DNA of 64,000 nt from Gnetum montanum (taxonomy: Eukaryota > Plantae > Gnetophyta). The stretch spans positions 166,144 through 230,143 of the forward strand of contig MNCI01000003.1 of assembly GCA_015680685.1 (NCBI GenBank), written 5' to 3'. The notes under the pieces are model-generated. The model was given only the letters and a program-made list of their open reading frames with translations, did no database searches and was not told the DNA's origin. Numbering within the stretch: the first letter of the stretch is position 1; every line of letters starts with the position of its first letter. Shown in pieces: positions 27,301-39,300 of this stretch. The position numbers were made by a program, and so were the translations under genes.

Positions 27301-30300
27301 CAAAGACCACATTACGTAGTTTGCAACCTTCCATTTTCTGACAGGTTGTAAAGTCTCATTGAATTATTTTTGTACTGCATTTTATGTAATGGAGCAGGCA
27401 TAAAGTCTCATTGAATTATTTTTGTACTGCATTTTATGTAATGGAGCAGGCATAAATGTGAATGCTTAGATGGATGTTGAATGTTATAAGAAGCTATAAA
27501 CTGCACATTATAGACATTAGAGGAAGACTTGGAGTAGCTTCTATTTCAAATAAGTTACATGATTGACATCTTAGATAGTTTGGGCACATGCAAAGAAGAT
27601 CGGAAAAGGACTATAAAAAAAAAGTTGCTACATCACTGTAAACAATGATCCAGCTCTTCATGGAGGCAAATGGCAAAAAAGAACCCATGTAGCCACCCTA
27701 CTTTGTTGGGACAAGGATGATGATGATCTTTTTTTTTAATGAGAAAGCCTACTTTGGTATTTCCAGCATTAGTAGGTGAAGGATTGTAAAAATACTGTCA
27801 GGCGGATGCCTGTCAAGGTCAACACCGCCATCATGTCAACAACTTGGGAATCATATGACAACAGATATAAAAGCAGATACTCCATTAAGGACTTTTGATA
27901 ACAGGAATCATCCATTGTAAGCTGCTTGACAGCTGTTCAGCAATCATCCAGAGACACGCCTGTCCTGTCCTTATAATAAAACAATGCAATAATTACATAT
28001 TTGGATTGGATCGAATCCCAAATAAAAAGTTCTTTGCCACAAAAATATCGATGAGTTCATGAGGATTTCTCTGCTTGCTTTGTCATTGAATGGAAATATC
28101 ATACATGCTCAGATTTGGGATGATTGAGATGATCCTGTTACGCCCTAAAGAAGCAATTGCGGTAGGTGAATAAAGGTTCAGATGACTGCAGTTGGAAAGA
28201 AATCTCGGGGGAATGCTTTACACGACAATATCAAAAAAACAAACTGCCACGCTGTAGTAGAAATATTCTGATGAAAACAATTGGAGATTTGAAGAGCTGA
28301 TTAAACACTAAAGAATGTGGTACCCAGAAGATCTCGAACTGAATGTGCGAACGCCAGGAAATGGAAAATTTGTCAAGTTAAAAGATGAAAGAGGTAGTTT
28401 AAGTATCAATTATCATAATATCGAAGAAAAATTGAATGAATCGGTTGTGGATGTGTTATTAGTTCAAGCGGGTTAGCTTTAGAGCTGAAGCTGAGACACA
28501 AGCTAATTCCCTAGTACCATTTCTTGAATAAAAAATTCATTGAATTTCTTTTAATTTCGTTTAAATGTCAAAAATGTTGCTCAAATAAATTCTTGTTCTG
28601 ATACATGACGGATATGTAACAGTCTTTAGTTTACTTTACATTATATTAGAAATAAATAGATAATCCTTAAAATCTCGGGGAACACTCTTGGGTGTATCGA
28701 AATAGTGTTATCAATTTCTCCACGCTGTTATTAATTTTTGTGCGCGGATTTGAGGCCAAGCAATGGTTGAAATCCGCAAAACTCTCTTATCACTGTTTTT
28801 GATTCAATTTTATTTGTGGATTATTCTGGCTTCTATTTTTGCAGTTTATTCTTGTAAGTCAGGGATCTGCCAGGCTCAGGACAGTAAAGTTCGGTAAAGC
28901 CAAGGATGATCAATCTTCACTCATCTACTAAATTATTGTGACGGTCTAATTTGTGGAAATTTTACCATATTTATTATTTGCCTGATTTCTTTCATATTTG
29001 TCGTGAACTCAGCAGTTTATGAATCATAAATTCACTATCACAAGTTAAACCCTAATTTTTACCTTAACCTTTTACAGCTCGGTATTTGCTAATTTGGCAG
29101 CAACCGCAAAGAGTTGACGGTGACTAGACATTCTGGCTTCAACTGCAAAGAGGGGCTGGTAACTAAACACACGTGAGTTTAGATCGAGGAATATGAAAGT
29201 GAGTGCCGGTTTTTTTTTTTTTTAAAGGCCCATAAACATGTCATTCTGCCTCCCAAAGGTAGAAGACCTTTAGGAGGGTTAAATTCACCGCTAACACAAT
29301 TCTTTAGTTGACTGAAAGTACATATATGAAATAATCTTATGCGAACCATATATACGATTAGAAGAAGCTAAAGCTAGAATTATAGTTTGGTTTGATTATA
29401 ACAATAGGATACCCTTAGTTGACTATTTTCACCCGTTCCATTAAAGAACAATAGCAAGGCGAGTTTGATTTGACCTTAACTAATAATAGCAAGGCAAGTT
29501 TGATTTGACCTTAACGATAAATCAACCTTGGTCAAGTATTTTACTCATGCAGACTCAACCATCACTTGATAGCATTAGAAGATTACCATCAAAATGAGAC
29601 AATTAACAACATCAACTTGATCCTATTACTCTACTTTTGAAAGCAATTCAGCTAGTGATCTTTACATGATTTCAGTGAAATGGCCAATGATTAACAACAA
29701 CAATTTATTGAGAATAATTTTACTTTGGTGTTCTAACTTGTGATGGTTTGCTTGACAAAAACTATTAAACAACCTAAGATTTAGGACAAGATTAATAATT
29801 GTATTGCAATAAAAAGTATGATAATAGCAATCAGTTTGATGTTAATTCGTTTTATCTTAATGATCTTCTAATTCTAATGGAATAATGGTTAATTTTCTTC
29901 GTTTATTTTTTCAAAGTATCAATTGTAAAGTTGGACTCCTAAGTAGATAGTCCTAAAATAGAAATGTTTTTGCTTTTCATATTTTTTTTATGATGTCTCC
30001 TCAGTGTCAAGCTTGTGACGTACTCTAAATTTTCTTTACTCATTATTAATATTTTTGATGCCTAATAATTTTGCTTTAACATGGGAGGGTTCCATTGTGG
30101 TAGTGGCGAATTAATCCATTTGATTTTTTATCATGAAATTGAAACTCAAATATTTTACTCACATCCCCTAAGACCCCTTGGATCTATCAAACCAATTTTA
30201 GAATTCCTTTTATGGAATTTTTTAAAAATTTATGACTCAATACTACTTAGTGGAATCGAATCTATGACTTGGGGTTACCAAGCCAAGACTCTAACCACTA

Positions 30301-33300
30301 AGCTAACACCTCATTGTCGTGTCTTTCTCAAATGGTATTCTAGTCTAAATATTCCTGCCCTTTGAATTTAACTTTCTTTAGTCCACATAACCCTCCAACC
30401 AAAAAACAAAAAGAGATAATATTAATAAAGTAAGATTTGAAAACAATGAGAACCACCAATTCCTTGTTACCATGCAAAAATGATAAATACCAAGTGATAA
30501 GGAAGTTAAGATAAAATTTGGGATATAACTCAAGTCTCATCATCATGGTGCTTGTATCCCAACATGGTCTAACACATTTAGGTAAGAGAAGGATTTGACA
30601 ATAAATTTTTGTGTATCTACTTGATAACAAAGCTTAAACATCTGTTTTTACTATGCCCTAGGTAGCACTCAAATGTATCCTATAGGGTTGAACCTATGAC
30701 TTGCAAAATCACAAGCCACATTCTAATCAAGTGAGTTATGCTTCAAGTAATAACTCATTACTATACTTTGTAAGCTAGGAAGTTCATGATAAATTGTCAA
30801 AGAATTATAAGAAAAATTTAATAGAAAATAACTAACTCATATGCCCTATAATTGACAGTAAACTTCTACAAGCTACTGCATAACAATAAATCACACAAGG
30901 TAAGCCAAGTTTGTGCTAGGCATAAGGACTATAACATTTGATAAACTCAGGGACATTTAGTATCTCTCTCGTCTTGGATGAATTGAGAAAAAAATTAATC
31001 AATAGTGCAAAGGAATTGACATTCAACTATTGGGATGGTGAATGCAAAACCTTCTTTAAAATTTTTAGAATTCTTTGAAAAAAATGAATTTTTGGCTCAT
31101 GATCTAAGTTTTTTACCCAACCACGCGTTGTCATCAAGTAGTGGCAAAGACTTGATGGAAAAAACTCAAACTACAAGCCAAACACGAGTCATGGTATTCT
31201 TCAACACTTTATCACAAGTCATGGTCTAAGAAAAATTCTTCAACACTTTATCACAAGTCATGGGAAGGAACCACGATCTTCACACCATAACTTAACCATA
31301 AGTTGTGGTGAACTCAAAAAATTCATGCTTCTTTACCCAAGCGAATAAAATACAACTTTGATCTTTATTTTAGCTTCGACTGATCTTCTATAAACAATTT
31401 GTTATGATAAAACTAATGAAAGTTGATAAGAATGATGAGAAAAATGGTGAGAGAGTGATGAGAGAAAGTAAAGAGTTGCTGAAGAGAAAAAATTGTTTGT
31501 TTATCATCAAATCATCTACACAATATCAAAATTTGTCAATAATCAAAAGGCATCTTCATTCATCATCAAGATCTTCAAAATCCAAAGGAAAGTAAGGGCT
31601 ACGTACTTATAGAAGTGGGAGGAGCCAAAGTACATCTATTGGAACCAAGTTTGCCTTGTCATTCTTTTTATAAAATGAATTTTTCGTGGGCACTTGGGGC
31701 CATTTTTAATTACATCCGCCTTCAAATACCATTATTTGAATTTTTCATAAAGAAGTCTATTGGACTTTCAAGCCCCATTTTTTCATCATTTTACAAAATT
31801 TTTCTAACAAAAATACATAGAAAAAATATAATCATAATGGATGAAGAAACCTTATTCATTATTTTGTTCATCAAGTTACTACTCTTGCACCCTACTTTGC
31901 CAACAATCTCTCCCTTCAAGAGGCAATGTGTAGTGACAATCTTCATTGCCTTCTTTGTTTAGCCAATCTTTGACTTTCTTGGAGATTTGGGCTACATCAA
32001 TCATCCTTCTCCTTGGACTTGGACTCTTGACAACATTTTCATTGTTTGAGCATAATCATATTTATTTTTTGTTGAGTTGGAAATTTCATCTTGTAGTGGT
32101 TCATCTTCTTTTTCTTCTCAGCTACATCATCATCCTATGCTTGAATTTTTGTGAGATTGACAACTTGTTTTTGGTTGGGATTTTTGGTGGGAATGGCTTC
32201 AATAAAATATACATTGTTTGATGACTTGTTGGATCTCAAAATAACATCTCCCTTTGAGATTATGCATCCATCATGAGTGAATAAGATTTCATGTCCTCTT
32301 TAGGTTATGTTCCTAACTAAAAGTAGTGGACATAATTTTTGAAACATAAAGTACATCCTCAATAGTAATTTCATAGTCATTCAACAAAACATTTATTGTT
32401 TGATGCCCTGTTGAATCTCATAATAAATCTATCTCGCTTTAAGATTATGCATCAATCATGAGTGAATGAAATTTCATGTCCTCTTTGGATTATGTTCCTA
32501 ATTCAAAGTAGTGGATACACAATTTTTGGAATATAAAATGCATCCTCAATAGTAATTTTATGATCATTATTCAAAGTGAGCAAGACTTTACCTCTTCTTT
32601 CAATTTTTAGTTGTTCACCATTGCCAAAGTGAATTGCACCATGATCCTCCAAAGCTTCAAATTGAAAGAAGTCATGTGGGCTAAGGCACCACTATCAAGA
32701 ACCCATCTATTTTTGTTTCATGAATCTTCAAATGTTGATACAACAAAAGTTGTCTCCTCCTTACTAAAATAGTGGACACAATCTTTTGGAACATAAATAC
32801 ATCTTCAATAGTCATTTTATGGTCATTATTCACAATGAGCAAGACTTAACGTCTTCCTTCAAATTTAAGTTGTTTACCATTGCCAATCTGAATTGCACTA
32901 CAATCCTCCAATTTAAACAAATGATCAATGAAAAGAATCATAAGGATTGAAATACCACTATCATGAACCCATCTATTTTTGTTTGATGAATCTTTCGCTA
33001 GTAATGGAACAAAATTTGTCTCCTCCTTCACTTTTTTCAGCGCTAACATCCTGTTGTTTCTTTGGGCTTTTTGGTTTGAACACATAATTGGAGGCAAAGC
33101 CATGTTTGAAATGCTCCTTATTCTTGGATTTTGAATTACCATCATTGTGGAAAGAGTTCTTTTTTTTCTCTTAACTTTTTTGAAACCTTCTTCTTTGATT
33201 CATTCCCATTTTACTTTGGATCATTGATGTGGTTGCCATTTTTCAAAATTACAAGTGTCCTTATCTGAGAGGCCAAATTATTAACTGTGAATGAATTGAA

Positions 33301-36300
33301 GTCTTTACTTCGTACAAAGTTCATCATCATATTTTGAAACACAGCAACTACTCCTTTCATAACCTTTTATCTTTGGGTGAAGCCACACCCAAATTTATCA
33401 ACATGCCTATACATTCTATCCAAAAATTCTTCAAGTTGCTCACCTTTCTTGATTTCAAGTCAATCAAATTTAATTCTATGCAAGAGTTCTTGAATTGGTT
33501 GGTTTTCTTGAGTTCTTTGGATGCCTTCAAGGGGTGTAATCTTTTAACTGTAGTTGGAGAAATATTGAAAATTATTATCTTTGCCAAGGACGGTTTTTAT
33601 TCTCTCTTTCATGCTCATCAAATTGAGCTAATGTAGGGAAGTCATCTTTTTTTTTTATTTAATTATTATAGAACTGTCATCAAATCCAGTTTCAACAACT
33701 TTCCAAGTATTATTGAATTCAAGGAGATCCTTCATCATGCTACTCCAAAGCATTAAGTCTTGAGTGCCATTGAAAACAGTTTGAGAATTTAGGAATGTCT
33801 TTATTTGTTGACATCTTCAATTGTTTGATCCTGGACTGAAACTAGTGCTTTGATACCCTTAGTTGGGATGGTAAATGTAAAAGCTTCTTCAGAATTTTAA
33901 GAATTCTTTTTTAAAAAATATTTTTTTGGTGAATGGCAACCTCACCATGAGTCATGGTATAATTTTTTTAAAGAATATGGGTCATGGTTGAGTTGTGGCA
34001 AAGACTTGAAGGAAAAGGCTCAAACCATGAGTCACAGTTCGTGGTATTCACCATGATTATGGTCTGAGAAAAATTCGTTAAAACTTCACAAGTCGTGGAG
34101 AAGGGACCATGAGTCATGTTCTTCACACCACAAGCTGACCACTAGTGGTGACCTCAGAAAAATTCAGATTCTTCACCCTAGAAAATACAATTCAACTTCA
34201 GTCTTCAATTCAGCTTCAGCTGATCTTATGTAAATAATTTGTTGTGATGAACCTAATGAGAGATGATGAAAATGATAAGAACAATGATGAGAGAGAATGA
34301 TGAGAACAACTAAAGAGTTGCTGAAGAGAAAATTTTGTTTGTTTATCATCAAATCATCTAGAGAACATCAAAATTCATCAATCATCAAAGGCATCTTTAT
34401 TCATCATCAAGATCTTTAATATCCAAAGGAAAATAAGGGCCACCTACTTATAAAAATGGGGAGTGGTCAAAGTACATCTATAGGCGCCAAGTTTGCCTTG
34501 CCCATTCTTTTTATAAATTGAATTTTTCATAGATATTTGGGGCCATTTTTAATTACATCCACCTATCAAATACCATTATTTGAATTTTTCATGAAGAAGT
34601 CTTTTGGACTTCTAAGTCCATTTTTTCATTATTTTACATAATTTTTCCAAAAAAAACACATGGAAGAAATAATCATTATAGATAGAGCAACCTTATATAG
34701 ATTATTTTATTCATTAAGTCACTACTCTTGCACCTTATTTTGCTAGCAAATTCCATCCTTAACTAAGATCACCTAGGTACTTCAATAAAGGAATTGAGCG
34801 CTTAAACACCAGACTCATCCTGAAGTGTTCACCAGATTTTTTATAAAATAAAATTTCTATTTCTAATGTAAAGTAAACTAAAGACTCCTACAAATCACTT
34901 AGTTGTCAAACAAACATTTATTTAACCAACCTTCTAACATTTACATGAAACTAAAACAAATTCAATTAAATATTTATACAAGATGTAGGGTAACAACATC
35001 TCATCAAGTAGTTAATTGATGATTTGATGAAGGATGTAAGAAAAAGGAGGCAGTGTTGAAAATTGTGAACAAACAAACAACATATATATGAAGTTATCTA
35101 TGCCCTACGTTATCCTCTTATGCATTCACCATGCACCCATTATCCATAACTCAACACTCTAGCCTCAATCCTCTTATGCATTCCCAATGCACCCCATAAT
35201 GGCAAGGTGTTGCTGCAATGCATCTTTTTCCACATTGTAGTGAATCAACAAAAATGAACAGTTTAATGAAATAAAACCACCAATGTTTTCCCATGAAAAC
35301 AAAAACAAACCTTGCATGAAATTGTTATTTTTGCAAAATTTGAAGTCTTGTATGAGAACCAAAGCCCTCCATCTTTTACACATTAAACCAACATTGTGAC
35401 CAGCATTATATAGCTGTGTATTCTTGTAGGAGAATGCCTTTCCCAAATTGCACATTTATGATTTCAGTTTTAAGTTTGAAATTATATATATAGAACTATC
35501 ATTATCATAGCTTCTCTTAGACCTAATCCAGATATTTAATCATCCATTATTCCAATTTCAATCTGTGATTACACAAGTGGGGTCAGAAATTTATTATTTC
35601 AGGCGTTCAGTTATTTTTATAGGTATTACGCCCAGGCTATCATCAATATCAGTCTGATAAATGGGCAAACAACCACCAAAATACCATTTAGAAAACACAG
35701 AAACTGGGAATATCAGTTTGATAATAGAGGTGTTTTAGCCATTCTTGGACAAGTTTATGATGATCCAACTAGATGACATCATGGTCTACTTGAAAACCTT
35801 GCCTGAACAAGTTCAACATTTGGAACTAGTTCATCATGTTCATAATGCTCATCCCACAAAGTAAGGTCCTGGGAGGGTCAATAGATGAGTGAAAACATAC
35901 ATCTTTTCAAGTAGTTGCCCCCAAGCTTGAATTCAGTCCTTACAACCTAAGAAATAAGCACCTTACCATGATTCCAAATGATGGCCCCTAAAGGATTAAA
36001 CTCTACATAAAAAAAGTATGAATTTACATGCATGGAGTTGAGGTTTCTTGGCCACATTATATGTCAAGGAACCATCATGCTTGATACAAAGAAGGTTGAA
36101 GCAATTCAATGTCTGCCAAGCCCCAAAAATACTCATGAACTTAGGCAATTCATGGGATTAACAAGGTTTTATCATCACTTCATAAAGAATTTCTTAGACA
36201 TCTCATCATCATTAAAAAACCTACAAAAGAAAAATGTCACATAGAGGCTTCTGATTGGGTTAAGAAGGTTCTTGCTTTGAATGAAATCTTGGTTCTTTCG

Positions 36301-39300
36301 GATTCTGCTACACCATGTTAAGTACGTATGAATGCCTTTGAAACTCGTAGGCACTCACTACTTCACCCAATCCCATTTCAATCAAAGAAGTTCATTCAAA
36401 CAAAAAGGGGATTACTATTACACAAAAAGTAAATGTTTTCCATTATTCATTGCATAAGGACATGGCATCACTACTTGCTTGGTGGTCCAGGAGTTGTGAA
36501 AACAAACAACATTGCTACTAGCTACCTTCTAAATCAAACTAAGTTGACACCTAAGCAAGCAAGGTGAATGTTGCAAAGAGAATGTTGCTGCTAATGCACC
36601 GAGTACACTTGCTGGCCATGACAGAAGTTACAGGTCAATTGAGAATTGATGATCATGATAGAAGTTAGTGGCCAACCAAGAATTTCAAAATTGCAACCAC
36701 ATGACGACATGGAAAACGATTTCACAAAGGGTTACAACATGACCCTCAAACAATGAAGCTCTTCACAATTGTTCAAGAGGACCACTCTTCACATGATAGC
36801 CTTACAGATTCTGGGTCAACTTACTCATGTTTGCAAGAAACAAAATATATGTGCCAAAGTGGAACAACCTATGTTGTGATATTATCAGAGTGTCATGACG
36901 CTCTTTGAGAGAGACATCCAGGTCAAAAGCATATCCTTGCATTGGTTAATCCTACATACTTTTGGCATAAGATAGAACAAGATGTGGTTGCAGGGTGCTT
37001 TGTATGTCAATAAGATAAAAGTGCTACAAACAAAACAAACCACACGGACTCCAAATTTTGGAGGTTCCATTTTCCCATGGATCACAGTTTCCATGGACTT
37101 TATTATGGATCTTCCTAGTGTGAAAGGTTCTAGAAGCATTAGACTGGTTGTAAACAAATTCTCTAAGTTTGCTCACCCCTTGCCTAGCTCCATATTCTGC
37201 AAAAACAAAGTCATTGGTCTTTGATCATGTGGTTAAATATTTAGGCATACCAACCAACATGGTATCCAACACAAATTCTGCAACTGGAACTGAATTTTTA
37301 CTTACATCCACCAAGACAATCTTGGATCAGTCAGACAATATCAGTTCTAGAACTCCTTTTACAAAATGTTACTGTCCATAACTCAGCATTGCCTACTAGA
37401 ATTGAACTTGAGACTCAGGGTTTCCATGCCAAAACTCTTACCAGTAACCTAAAATCTCAGTGTTCACAAGTTCCTTCTTAAGATGCTCAGAACAAGAATG
37501 AAAATGTCTTCAAGCTTCCATCTTCAGACCGATGAATAGTTGGAGAAAATATATTATATGTTAGAAGAGTATTTCCACTACTTAGTAAAGTATGATATGG
37601 TAAACTGGCTTCATCTTTGGTAATTGCCCAATTCAGCTACACCAGTTAGAAATCATCCATGATAGGCTATTTCCTTATTGAGGTTGTCTTGGGGAAACAC
37701 CTCACAATCCTCAAATGTTGGGCACATCTTTTCAAATTGAGAACACTTCATAAGAGGACTTCCAGTCGGGGACAATTGTGCAGATCAGGATGAAAACCAT
37801 TGGAATTCAATGTTGGTAACTGAGAATTTTTGAAAATGTATTATCAGAAACAATTTCACCCCCAACAATGGGGTGGATCCTGCAGCATATTGTCTTCAAC
37901 TCCCAATATAAATGGCTCACATCAATCCCATCTCTCCGTATAAGCATTTCTAACCCTGCAGATACTTGGGAGGCATTGGAATCTTTGAAGTACAAAAAGA
38001 GACACATTCAGTAGTACCTTTATCCCTTCATTTTCTTTGTACAATATTATCATCACGATGCCCTTATCCCATGTATATGTGTTGACCGTTAAAGTAGACA
38101 AAGGATTTGATAATGATTTTCTAACAATCATGTGTTAGTCTAATGTTAAGAGTCTTTCCTTGTGCAATATATAGTGTGGAAATAAAGGAAAAAGAGGACA
38201 CCATTGGGCTTTGGGACAGACCACTTTTAAGGGGCACAGAACACCTGCTCTGTCTCTTTCTTACCCAACTTAGGGCCTGGCTAGGTATATAGAGCCAAGA
38301 AGCAATAGGCACTATGTTGAACTAAGAAGTGAACATACCCACAGGAAGCAAGGCCGATGGCAGTCAGAAGACAAAGATTTTTGTGGTAGCATTAGCTAGA
38401 TATTGAAACAAGAGATTGTTCCTGCTTCCATCACATCCTTATGATGGAGAGGGGGATTTCATGTTTCATGTGAACTGTAAAATCTTACGTTGGGTTACTA
38501 GCTTAGTTCAAATTTACACTTAACATACCTTTTAAAGGGTTACTAGCACGATATTGGGAGACAATCTGGGCAAAGTGGCCCACAGCGCCCGTGTCTATTC
38601 AGGTTCTGCGGGTGTTGAACGAAGAGGATAACACTAGACTGCTGACCCCATTTTCCTGGCAAGAGCTAACAGCAATGGTTGGGGCCATGCCTGGAGGGGA
38701 AGCGCCTGGGCAGGATGGTTGGAGTCTTGAATTCTTCAAAACTTTCCTTGACCTTGTGGGACCCAACATCATGGACGCCTTCAATCTAATGCTAGCCAAG
38801 AAGCAGGTCCGTCGTGAGCTCAACTGCTCCCGAATCATGTGCATTCCCAAACGTGCTGATGCATCCTCCTTGGAACATTTCCGACCCATTGGGGTTTGCA
38901 ACGTGCTGATCCGGATTTTCTCTAAGACGCTTATGCGAAGGTTAGCTCCCCTCATGCCCAAACTGGTTGGGGTTAATCAAATGAGTTTTGCCTAGGGACA
39001 AACCCTACAAGACCAAGTCCTCCTCATGCGGAGATCTTCCACTCTCTTCATCGTTCAAAGTTCCCTAGGCTATGCCTCAAATTAGACATCACCAAGGCTT
39101 ATGATACGATCAGCTGGGGAGCGCTTGTCGCCATTATTGGGCAAAAAGGCTTTGACCAAGGTTTTATCCAGCTCTGCATTCACCTACAATCTTCAGCTGG
39201 CTTCTCCTTTGATGTCGGGGGTGGTTATAGGGACTCTCGTCCCCAAGCAGGGGATTACAGCAAGGGGACCCTCTTTCGCCGTTACTTTTTATTATTAGTA

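Noticed and set aside
29040-29060. TAAACCCTAA as a telomerase RNA template
   Set aside because: No Pol III USE/TATA arrangement nearby; better read as a telo-box.
30250-30318. tRNA gene candidates (also 30680-30745, 54565, 54990)
   Set aside because: A/B boxes are present but there is no cloverleaf or acceptor stem; better explained as SINE heads.
37500-38480. Moderately GC-rich stretch that could be a decayed coding fragment
   Set aside because: No recognisable motif in the frames I examined; cannot be supported without a homology search.
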